Shown here: piece after piece, positions 1 through 8,411 of the stretch | Layout of the letters: each line of letters opens with the position of its first letter | Numbering within the stretch: the stretch's first letter is position 1 | NCBI GenBank assembly: GCA_964649615.1 | Contig: CAZYPW010000008.1 | Coordinates: 574-64,573, forward strand | Source of the DNA: an uncultured Gammaproteobacteria bacterium | GTDB lineage: Bacteria > Patescibacteriota > Microgenomatia > Daviesbacterales > UBA10151 | Reading direction: 5' to 3' | Length of the DNA stretch: 64,000 nt | Position numbers and translations under genes: made by a program | Notes under the pieces: model-generated | Database searches by the model: none | Told to the model about the DNA's origin: nothing | The model's input: the letters and a program-made list of their open reading frames with translations, nothing else

Positions 1-1673
1 GGCCCATCCAAAATAACCCTGGAGTCGACCATTGATGAAACATTGAAAGCAATTCTGCAGGGAATATTAGCTTTAATTAAACCAGTAATCACATCAACAG
101 AAGGCCTCTGGGTAGCCACCACCAAATGAATGCCTGTAGCCCTGGCAAGTTGGGCAATTCTAGTGATAGCATCCTCAATCTCAACCGGAGCAAACATCAT
201 CAAATCTGCCAGTTCATCCACAATAATCACAATATAAGGCAGGGCCTGAAAACCTGACATTTCATTATATCCACTGATATTTCTGACTCCCACAGATTGG
301 AATAACTTATATCTTCTTTCCATCTCAGCCATGGCCCACTTTAGGGCAGATAAAATCTTTTCTGGTTCAGTAATCACTGGAGTTAATAAATGAGGAATGC
401 CGTTGTAATTTGTTAACTCCACCCTTTTGGGATCAATCAAGATCAATTTTAATTCATCTGGTGAATTCCTAAACAGCAGTGAACCAATGACTGCATTAAG
501 CATGACTGATTTTCCACTCCCCGTGGTTCCCGCAATTAAACAGTGGGGCATCTTATCTATATCCACAATCAAAGGCTTGGAGGCAGTATCTCGCCCCAAT
601 GTAACAGCCAGTTTAGATTTATGCTTACTCATCTCTTCTGATTCTAAAATACCTTTAAGCCCTACTACTTCCAAAGACCTATTAGGCACTTCAATTCCCA
701 CCAGTGATTTGCCTGGAATTGGAGCCTCAATCCTGACAGTTCCAGTAGGGGTGGCTAGCGCCAGGGCAATATCATGCTGCAAATTAGCAATTTTAGAAAT
801 TTTAGTGCCTGCAGCAATTTCTAAGGCATATTGGGTTACAGCTGGACCGCCATTTACCTCAGCCACTCTGGCTTGTATGCCAAAAGAATCTAGGGTTTTT
901 TCAATCACATTGGCATTTTTCTTAACATCTCCCCGCTCTGCTGCAGAACCAACTTTATCAGATAATAATCCTAAGTTGGGATATTTCCAAACTTTAGTTT
1001 GGCCAGCCACATTTTGCACTAGCGTATCAGCAATAATAGTTTCCTTAGGTGCAACTGGGCTGGATTTGACCACAGCTTTTTCTTCCATTCCTGAAACTTT
1101 GATTTTGATGGGGGCATGTTTTATTTCAAAGGAGTCTCTTCTTTTAAATGAAGAAAACAGGGGAGAGAAGATTTGATTTTTTAAAAAATTAAAGAAAAAA
1201 CCAAAAATGGCAAAAATTTGAGAAAGTGAAGCATTAAATAAAACAACCAGTCCTACTAAAAAAACCATTACTAAGACAGCCATTGCCCCAATAGGAGTTA
1301 AAAATAAGGCCAGTTGCTCCCAAAGAGTTTGTCCTATGCTGCCTGCTTTCTCAAAAGAAACAGCAGCTGTGATACCCACAAGGGCTAAAATAATTAAAAT
1401 AAAACCTAGTAACACATTAGTTTGGGCTAGTCTCCATCTAAATCTTGATAAGACTAAGCCTGATAAAGCAAATAAAACAGGGGTAAAAAGATAAGCCCAA
1501 CCCATTAAAGAATAGGTAAATTCTTTCCAAAAAGATAAAACTTGAGAATTTGTGGCTAAAGAGACAGCAGAAATAATTGCCAAAATAAAGGAGACCAGTG
1601 AGCCAACAGCAATAATGGTTCTTTGTTTTAATTTCAACCTGGGGAGCTTATAAATAGATCTTCTGCGGGACAT
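1..1673 (-). CDS. ftsK: DNA translocase FtsK/SpoIIIE (3' end runs off the window)
   Basis: Manual translation from ATG 1673 (MSRRRSIYKLPRL...): N-terminal TM segments, PHCLIAGTTGSGKS Walker A, IVIIVDELADLM, GIHLVVATQRPSVDVITGLIKANIP, DSRVILDG. Missing from the ORF track because it is open at the edge. Confidence 0.95.
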   Translation of the reverse strand, partial: MSRRRSIYKLPRLKLKQRTIIAVGSLVSFILAIISAVSLATNSQVLSFWKEFTYSLMGWAYLFTPVLFALSGLVLSRFRWRLAQTNVLLGFILIILALVGITAAVSFEKAGSIGQTLWEQLALFLTPIGAMAVLVMVFLVGLVVLFNASLSQIFAIFGFFFNFLKNQIFSPLFSSFKRRDSFEIKHAPIKIKVSGMEEKAVVKSSPVAPKETIIADTLVQNVAGQTKVWKYPNLGLLSDKVGSAAERGDVKKNANVIEKTLDSFGIQARVAEVNGGPAVTQYALEIAAGTKISKIANLQHDIALALATPTGTVRIEAPIPGKSLVGIEVPNRSLEVVGLKGILESEEMSKHKSKLAVTLGRDTASKPLIVDIDKMPHCLIAGTTGSGKSVMLNAVIGSLLFRNSPDELKLILIDPKRVELTNYNGIPHLLTPVITEPEKILSALKWAMAEMERRYKLFQSVGVRNISGYNEMSGFQALPYIVIIVDELADLMMFAPVEIEDAITRIAQLARATGIHLVVATQRPSVDVITGLIKANIPCRIAFNVSSMVDSRVILDG

Positions 1674-1704
1674 ATTAAATATTATACCATAAAACTATGG
1701 GTCA

Positions 1705-3396
1705 TTATGACTCAACAATGATCGGTAATACTAGCGGCCTCCTTTCTGTAGTTTGATAAAAAAATTTCTCTAAACAATCCTCTATTAGTTTTCTTAAAAA
1801 TCTCCAGTCTGTAATTTTGTGGGCATGTTTGTCTAAAGTTTCCTTTAAAATGGTTTTTGCTTCATCTAGTATCTCTCCTGCTGTCTCTTCATAAACAAAC
1901 CCCCTGGAAATAATATCAGGCTCTGCTGTTAATTTGCCAGTGTGGGGATCAATTTCTAAAACAGCAATCACAATCCCTTCCTCATTCATCTTCTGCCTAT
2001 CCCTCAATACCACATTGCCTACATCTCCAATTCCTAATCCATCCACATAGACATTTTGCACATCCAAAATTTCCCCTAATTTAATATTTTCTTTTTCTAG
2101 TGCCATGGTCTGCCCATCTTCTACTACTAAGACATGACTGCGCTGATATCCCATATCCTGGGACATCTTGGAAAAAACTCTCATATGTTTAAAAGTACCG
2201 CCTATGGGCAATAAATACTTTGGTTTAATCAAATTGATCATCAGCCTTAACTCCTCTTTGGCTGCGTGCCCAGAGACATGCAAATCTGAGGTAACAGCTG
2301 AATAATAAACATTTACCCCCAGCCTGGTTAAAGAATCAATTAAAGCATTTTGGGCAGATTCAGTGGAGGGAATAGGATCTGCTGAAAATAAGACTGCATC
2401 TCCTTCTTTTAATTTAATCTGTTTATGCTCCTCATTAGCTGCCCGGGATAGGGCAGAACCAGATTGGCCCTGGGATCCAGCAATAAGCACTAAGATTTTT
2501 TTAGGGGAATGACCTGCTATGGCCTCTGGAGTAATTACCAGCTGAGAGGGTATTCTCAAATACCCTAAATCCCGGGATATTTGAAAATTACTTTCAAAAG
2601 AACGCCCTGCTACTGCAATCTTCCTGCCAGTTTTTAAAGCCACATTGACAGCTTGCTGCATTCTGGAAACATTAGATGAAGTCATAGTGATTAACAGTTT
2701 GCCTTCAGTTTCCAAAGAGGCTTTTTCAAAAGTATCCTCAATAGATTTTTCTGATTTATTAAAGCCTTCCTTTTCTACTCTTAAGCAATCTAGCAGCAGT
2801 AAATCTACCCCTTCTTTGCCTAATCTGGCTACCTCTCCCACATCTGTCACCTGGCCTGAAACTGGAGTCCAATCAATCTTAAAATCAGCTTGATGAATAA
2901 CTAATCCTGCTGGAGTCTTAAGCACAATTCCGGTTGAATCAGGCACAGAATGGGAAACCTGGTAAAAAGAAACTTGAAACGCTCCTAAAGTAAGTTTTTG
3001 GTCTATTTTTGTTTCCATGATTTTATCTTTAGGTAAGTTGTGTTCGCTAAATTTATTTTTAATAAAAGCACAGGTTAATTTTTGGCTATAGATAGGAACC
3101 TGCAAAGTCGGCCAGATATAGGGAAGGCCCCCAATATGGTCATCATGGCCGTGAGTAATCAAGATTCCCCTAATTTTGTTTATTTTATCTTTTAGATAAG
3201 TAATGTCCGGGATCACCAAATCTACTCCTGGCGTGCCTTCATCTGGAAAACCTACTCCACAATCCACAATCACTATGTCCGAACCATACTCATAAACATA
3301 CATGTTTTTGGTTACATCACCCACCCCTCCTAAAGGAATTATTTTTAAACTCATGTCTTTATCTGATAAAAATTGTTTAGGTTTAAACATTTTCAT
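1705..3396 (-). CDS. rnj: Ribonuclease J
   Basis: LKIIPLGGVGDVTKNM, THGHDDHIGG metallo-beta-lactamase motif, LHVSGHA. The ORF-track TTG at 3414 lies inside a repeat; ATG 3396, 3390 or 3354 is more likely. Confidence 0.95.
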   Translation of the reverse strand: MKMFKPKQFLSDKDMSLKIIPLGGVGDVTKNMYVYEYGSDIVIVDCGVGFPDEGTPGVDLVIPDITYLKDKINKIRGILITHGHDDHIGGLPYIWPTLQVPIYSQKLTCAFIKNKFSEHNLPKDKIMETKIDQKLTLGAFQVSFYQVSHSVPDSTGIVLKTPAGLVIHQADFKIDWTPVSGQVTDVGEVARLGKEGVDLLLLDCLRVEKEGFNKSEKSIEDTFEKASLETEGKLLITMTSSNVSRMQQAVNVALKTGRKIAVAGRSFESNFQISRDLGYLRIPSQLVITPEAIAGHSPKKILVLIAGSQGQSGSALSRAANEEHKQIKLKEGDAVLFSADPIPSTESAQNALIDSLTRLGVNVYYSAVTSDLHVSGHAAKEELRLMINLIKPKYLLPIGGTFKHMRVFSKMSQDMGYQRSHVLVVEDGQTMALEKENIKLGEILDVQNVYVDGLGIGDVGNVVLRDRQKMNEEGIVIAVLEIDPHTGKLTAEPDIISRGFVYEETAGEILDEAKTILKETLDKHAHKITDWRFLRKLIEDCLEKFFYQTTERRPLVLPIIVES

Positions 3397-3402
3397 AATA
3401 AT

Positions 3403-3501
3403 CTCAAAACTCAAATGTCAAAAGTCAAAACTACAATTAAAAACTTAAAAGTTTTAAGATTTAAGTTTCAGATTTGAGCTTTGAGTTTTGCGGTTTGAGT
3501 T
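3403..3501. repeat. Inverted pair of degenerate 7-nt tandem repeats (CTCAAAA/GTCAAAA ... TTTGAG)
   Basis: CTCAAAA CTCAAAT GTCAAAA GTCAAAA CTACAA...CTTAAAA followed by ATTTGAG CTTTGAG TTTTGCG GTTTGAG; fills the spacer between the lon-like gene and rnj. Confidence 0.8.
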
Positions 3502-4520
3502 TATCCAGATAAGTATTCTCCCAAATTAGTAATTTCTATCTTAAATGGCCCTTTTTCCCCTTCCACCAACTTTCTGGCCACCTTTCTGCAAATTCCCTGC
3601 AAAGTTCTCTGCAAAGACCTAATCCCGCCGTCAAATCCTAAGGGCCTGATAATTTGCGGCCAGATGGTCTCATCTATTTTTAGCATACTTCTATCAATTC
3701 CTGCTTCATCCATCGCTTTGGGCAAAAGATAATTTTTGCCTATCACTACCTTTTCCTCATCAGAGTATGAAGGCATTTGAATAGGCTCCAACCGATCCAT
3801 CACAGCCGTGGCTATATTGGTAGTATTATTGGCTGTGGCAATGAATAATACCTGTGATAGATCATAAGGGAAATCTAAATAATGGTCAACAAAAGAATGA
3901 TTCTGGGCAGGATCCAAAAGTTCAACTAAGACTCCCATAATATCTACTCTATATTCTTGGGCCACTCTATCAATTTCATCAAGTAAAATAACTGGATTGG
4001 AAACTTTGGCAGATTGGAGAGCCTTGATAATTAGTCCTACTTCTACATCAGGCCTGGATCTTGACTGGCCTCGCAAAGTAGCTGGATCTCCCAATCCTCC
4101 AAAAGGAATTCTCACAATAGGCCTACCAAGACTTTCAGCAATAGAATAAGCAATAGAGGTTTTACCAGTACCCACCAAACCAATAAAAGCCAGTATGGGA
4201 GCATGAAAAACAGTGGCATTTTTTTGTTTATGCAAGGTTAAAACAGATAAATATTCTAAAATTCTATCTTTGACTGATTGCAAACCAAAGTGTTCTTTAT
4301 CCAAAATTTGTTTGGCCCTGTTAATATCTAAAATATCCTGGGCATATTTGCCAAAAGGGAGCGATAACACAAAATTAGCATAAGAAACTAGCCTTTCAAA
4401 TTCTATGCCAGTTCCTGGAAATTTTAATAAGTTAAGTAATTTTTCTTCTATCTCACCGGATAAATTAGCTTGGGAAATTTTTACTTTTAATTCTTCAACT
4501 GTTGTTTGGGCAGAATCCAT
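3501..4520 (-). CDS. Lon-family AAA+ ATPase lacking the N-domain and the protease domain
   Basis: LDKEHFGLQSVKDRILEYL, GLVGTGKTS, VILLDEIDR, LLDPAQNHSFVDHYLDFPYDLSQVLFIATAN are Lon AAA motifs; the protein ends at NLGEYLSG (339 aa). Confidence 0.9.
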   Translation of the reverse strand: MDSAQTTVEELKVKISQANLSGEIEEKLLNLLKFPGTGIEFERLVSYANFVLSLPFGKYAQDILDINRAKQILDKEHFGLQSVKDRILEYLSVLTLHKQKNATVFHAPILAFIGLVGTGKTSIAYSIAESLGRPIVRIPFGGLGDPATLRGQSRSRPDVEVGLIIKALQSAKVSNPVILLDEIDRVAQEYRVDIMGVLVELLDPAQNHSFVDHYLDFPYDLSQVLFIATANNTTNIATAVMDRLEPIQMPSYSDEEKVVIGKNYLLPKAMDEAGIDRSMLKIDETIWPQIIRPLGFDGGIRSLQRTLQGICRKVARKLVEGEKGPFKIEITNLGEYLSG

Positions 4521-4539
4521 ACTTTAGGATATTTTATCA

Positions 4540-6942
4540 CTAACGGTTATATCCGCCACCGCCTCTTCCTCCACCACGATTCCCGCCTTCGCTAAAACTA
4601 CGACGGGCAGGCCTATCAAATCCACCAGACCTTCCGCCAAATCCTCCACTGCTTCTTCTCTCTCCTCCAAAACCACTCCTTGAGCTAGTTCTTCCTCCAC
4701 TTCTTTGGAATCCACCACCAAACCGTGGCCTGGATGAATCTCCAAAAGAAGAACGGGGCCTGAAGCCACCGCTGGAACGGAACCTGTCCGCTTCGCCAGC
4801 CTCGCGTCTAGGCGGGCCAGAGCGAAAACGAGGCGAGCCTTCTGATTGCGGCTTCATATCTGATCCAAAAAGCATAGACAAACCAACTTTTCCATCTGGA
4901 GAAACATCTGTAACTCTAACTTTCACAATTTGGCCTTCAGATACAACATCCTCTGGTTTTTCAACATGACCAGGAGCCATTTGAGAAATATGTACTAATC
5001 CATCTTTTCCAGGAGTAATTTCCACAAATGCTCCAAAAGCAGCTAGTCTCACCACTTTACCCTCAAACTCATCCCCAATATTAACTTTTTTAAACATAGC
5101 TTCAATCTCTACCATGGCATTTTTGACACTATCCTGACCAACTGCTGAAATCGTCACAGTTCCGTCATCCTCAATATCAATTTGAGCTCCGGTTTTGGCA
5201 ATTAACCCATTAATTGTTTTTCCACCAGTCCCAATCAAAAGTCCAATTTCTGATGGATCAATCTTCATTGTTTCAATTCTTGGAGCATACGGAGACATTG
5301 GTCCAACAGCAGGAATAACCTTATTCATATCTTCCAGGATTGCCAATCTGGCTGCTTTACCTTGTTTTAATGCCTCTTCAATAATCTCAAAAGATAACCC
5401 TTCCAGTTTGGTATCCATTTGGATAGCCGTAATTCCGTTTTTAGTGCCGGCAATCTTAAAATCCATTTCCCCATAAAAATCTTCCACAGCTCTCATGTCT
5501 GTAATAACCTGGAATTTTTTGTCATTGGAGAAAAGCCCCATGGCAATTCCGGCCACCGGTGTAATTAAAGGCACACCGGCATTCAAAAGTGCCAGTGAGG
5601 TAGCACAGACATCAGCCTGGGAAGTGGAAGCGTTGGCAGCTAAAACCTCAGAAACAACTCTGATGGCATAAGGAAAAGTATCCTCTGAAGGGATTACCGG
5701 CAGGATAGCTTTTTCTGCTAAACCTCCGTGTCCCACGTCACGCCTGTTAGGAGAACCTATTCTTTTGACCTCACCGACCGAAAAAGGATTAATGCTCATA
5801 TTGTAATAATGCATAAATCTCTTTTTCCTCTCTCCTTCCATACCGTCCAGAGTTTGCTCTAAAGATGGGGCACCCAGGGTAGCTACAGCTAAGACTTGAG
5901 TGTCACCTCTTTTAAACAAAGCGCTGCCGTGTGTTCTGGGCAGAAGCCCCACTTCCATGCTTAAAGGCCTAATTTCTTCCATGGCCCTGCCGTCTACTCT
6001 TTTTTGCTTTTCCAAAACTGTTTCGTGAACTATCTCCTTGGCCACTTTATCAAATATTCCGGAAATTATTTGGGGAGTTAGTTTGTCAGCATATTGAACT
6101 GCCAATTGTTTTTTGATTAAGTCCCCGGTTGCCTCATGCCATGGATGATCATTGTCAAACAAAGCTGCTTCAATCCTGTCTTTGGTAAGTTTGGTGACCT
6201 CTGTTAATAATGCTTCTTCCAAAGCCTCATCAATATGTGATATTTCCATCTTTACTTTGCCTGCTTCTTTGGTAAATTCTTCTATTAAAGCAATTATTTC
6301 TTGAGACTGTTTATGTGCTTCTTTGATACCGTCAAATACAATTTTGTCATCAACCTGCTTGGCTCCTGTTTCTATCATGACTACTTTCTCGCTACCAGAT
6401 GCCACCAACAGCTCCATATTTAAAGATTCGTATTGATCCATAGTCGGATTAATAATTAAAGTTCCGTCTTTTTCACCAACTCTGACTCCGGCAATAGGCC
6501 CATTCCAGGGAATAGATGAGATGGAAAGTGCAGCTGATGCGCCAATTAAACCCAAAATGTCCGGGTCATTGCTCTGGTCAAAAGATAACACACTCAAAAT
6601 TACCTGAACTTCATTCATCTTAAATTCTTTGGGGAAGAGTGGCCTGATTGATCTATCTATTAGCCTAGCTGTTAAAATAGATTCATCTGTAGGCCTGGCT
6701 TCTCTTTTAATAAATTTAGACGAGGAGATTTTGCCTCCGGCGTAATGTTTTTCAACATACTCAACAGACAAAGGAAAGTATCCTATATCTTCTTTTAAGG
6801 ATTGAGTCGCCACAGTTGCCAAAACAACTGTTTCACCCCAAGTTAGAAGAACAGATGCATCAGCCTGTTGGGCAAGACGCCCAGTTTCCAGTACTAATTT
6901 TCTACCATTTAAATCTATTTCTTTTTTTACTATTTTGTTCAT
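4540..6942 (-). CDS. pnp: Polyribonucleotide nucleotidyltransferase with RGG-rich C-terminal tail
   Basis: LETGRLAQQADASV, LTARLIDRSIRPLFP, LPRTHGSALFKRGDTQ, MDFKIAGT, KH and S1 (DGLVHISQ) domains. Confidence 0.97.
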   Translation of the reverse strand: MNKIVKKEIDLNGRKLVLETGRLAQQADASVLLTWGETVVLATVATQSLKEDIGYFPLSVEYVEKHYAGGKISSSKFIKREARPTDESILTARLIDRSIRPLFPKEFKMNEVQVILSVLSFDQSNDPDILGLIGASAALSISSIPWNGPIAGVRVGEKDGTLIINPTMDQYESLNMELLVASGSEKVVMIETGAKQVDDKIVFDGIKEAHKQSQEIIALIEEFTKEAGKVKMEISHIDEALEEALLTEVTKLTKDRIEAALFDNDHPWHEATGDLIKKQLAVQYADKLTPQIISGIFDKVAKEIVHETVLEKQKRVDGRAMEEIRPLSMEVGLLPRTHGSALFKRGDTQVLAVATLGAPSLEQTLDGMEGERKKRFMHYYNMSINPFSVGEVKRIGSPNRRDVGHGGLAEKAILPVIPSEDTFPYAIRVVSEVLAANASTSQADVCATSLALLNAGVPLITPVAGIAMGLFSNDKKFQVITDMRAVEDFYGEMDFKIAGTKNGITAIQMDTKLEGLSFEIIEEALKQGKAARLAILEDMNKVIPAVGPMSPYAPRIETMKIDPSEIGLLIGTGGKTINGLIAKTGAQIDIEDDGTVTISAVGQDSVKNAMVEIEAMFKKVNIGDEFEGKVVRLAAFGAFVEITPGKDGLVHISQMAPGHVEKPEDVVSEGQIVKVRVTDVSPDGKVGLSMLFGSDMKPQSEGSPRFRSGPPRREAGEADRFRSSGGFRPRSSFGDSSRPRFGGGFQRSGGRTSSRSGFGGERRSSGGFGGRSGGFDRPARRSFSEGGNRGGGRGGGGYNR
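4787..4837. repeat. GC-rich nested hairpin element in frame in the pnp tail
   Basis: TCCGCTTCG-CCAGCCTCGCGTCTAGGCGGG-CCAGAGCGAAAACGAGGCGAG; the inner arms recur at 8670-8699. Confidence 0.6.
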
Positions 6943-6950
6943 AATATTTT

Positions 6951-7101
6951 GTCATTCCGCACTTAATGCGGAATCTATACAAATATTGTTTTTGGAATTT
7001 GGAAACTGTAGAAAAGGTAATTAGCTTTTTGCTAACTAACTCTTTGCAATCCCCAAACTCCTGATAATTATTTATGAATCCCTGATCAAGCCAGGGATGA
7101 C
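6951..7101. repeat. Inverted pair of GTCA-footed REP-like palindromes (6951-6975, 7076-7101)
   Basis: GTCATTCCGCACTTAATGCGGAATC and GAATCCCTGATCAAGCCAGGGATGAC. Confidence 0.75.
6994..7061 (-). promoter_or_regulatory. Long imperfect stem-loop in the pnp 5' leader (possible RNase III/autoregulatory structure)
   Basis: Minus strand GGAGTTTGGGGATTGCAAAGAGTTAGTTAGC-AAAAA-GCTAATTACCTTTTCTACAGTTTCCAAATTCC; most mismatches are G-U pairs on the mRNA strand. Confidence 0.6.
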
Positions 7102-7109
7102 ACTACGTG

Positions 7110-7379
7110 TCACTTTGATAATCCTAACTTATCTATCACTATTGTATATCTTTCGTTATCTTTTTTAAACAAATACTGCAGCAGTCTTCTTCTTTTGTTC
7201 ACCATAGATAAAAGTCCGCGCCTTGAATGAACATCATGAGTGTGCTCTTTTAAGTGCGCAGTTAAATTTTTAACCTGCTCAGTCAGAAGTGCAACCTGGA
7301 CTTCAGGAGAACCTGTATCGCCAGACTTGGTAGCAAATTCCTTAATGATTTTCTGCTTTATCTTTGGGTCTAATGGCAT
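7110..7379 (-). CDS. rpsO: 30S ribosomal protein S15
   Basis: [33 protein letters not shown]. Confidence 0.98.
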   Translation of the reverse strand: MPLDPKIKQKIIKEFATKSGDTGSPEVQVALLTEQVKNLTAHLKEHTHDVHSRRGLLSMVNKRRRLLQYLFKKDNERYTIVIDKLGLSK

Positions 7380-7480
7380 CTAAACCTTTCTTGGGAAAAC
7401 ATTGGTGCCATAAAAGTAATCCCTAAATTAATTTAGGGGTATTCTAACAGAAATAAACAAAATATGCAAGGGTGGCTTGT

Positions 7481-8367
7481 TTAAGAACGGAATTTCTTGA
7501 AGTAAAGATAAACGCCTGCTCCAAACAGCAGTGGCAGGACTACCCATATCCAATTTCTAATATCGATACCTTTTTTTGGTTGAACCTGGTCATCAGAGGT
7601 TGATACAGCTTTTACTTCTCCCTCCAATCTTTCTTCACCAATACCCACATTTCCCTGTGTATCTTCATTGGTTGTTGCTCCTAAAACTCCTGGGGCAAAT
7701 CCTGCTGCAGGAGGAGATACTCCCAAAACTGAATTTTACGGTACAAGTTTTGGGATCTTCTATTCCATCAGATGTCCAAGTAGTTCCGTCAACAGATCTA
7801 ACTACGTTTAAAGTTTGCCCATTAAGAGCTGTTCCAACATAGATATTTAAAGTAATAGGTGTGGAAAATGTCAACCCAATGTTGGGTATTCCCCACTGCA
7901 TTGCTCCATCTGCCACCACTCCTGTCCCCAAACCGGTTAAAGAGCTGGTCGAAACATCAGATGAGGTGAGGGCGCTGGCATCTAAATTTGTGCCGTCTGT
8001 TTTGGTAATAACAGTACATAAGTTTGGTTTAATACTACATTATTAATAGTGGTGGAAAATCCATCCTCATTAGTTTGCCATACAGGCGGGGCAAGAGAGA
8101 CGCTGCTTTGGTTTTCGGTGGAAGTAGTATCAATTACTGCTGACTGCGTGGCTGGCGGAGTAGTTAAATTCTGATCTACCACAGTTTCAGGAGTTGGCTC
8201 TGGTAATGGGGAAGATTCCAGTGTGGCTTCTGCTGTCTGTTCCTGTTCAGCAGACGGAGTAGCTTCCTGGGCGTAAACAGGGAAGGCTGCTGCTAAAGGG
8301 GTTAGAGAATTAAATAATAAGGACAAAGCAGCAACAGCTGAAATTATTTTTTTCTGAACTTATTCAC
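7481..8367 (-). pseudogene. Fragmented secreted/membrane-anchored surface protein
   Basis: GTG 8367 with upstream AAGGA. Adding one A to the A7 tract (8347-8353) restores a signal peptide MNKFRKKIISAVAALSLL...VYA. Further frame switches near 8018 and 7735 join the ORF pieces. C-terminal TM plus KKFRS. Confidence 0.75.
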
Positions 8368-8411
8368 AAGGGTAACTTCCTTATGCACTCTATAGCTACG
8401 AATTGTCAAAT

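Noticed and set aside
427-1176. 249-aa plus-strand ORF
   Set aside because: Antisense shadow of ftsK; the minus frame has all FtsK motifs.
7421-7438. Palindrome CCCTAAATTAATTTAGGG upstream of rpsO as an S15 leader
   Set aside because: It overlaps the likely transcription start, and no recognisable S15-binding structure could be supported.
8347-8353. Phase-variable poly(A) switch
   Set aside because: The gene has two more frame breaks downstream, so restoring the tract would not give a full protein; decay is more likely.
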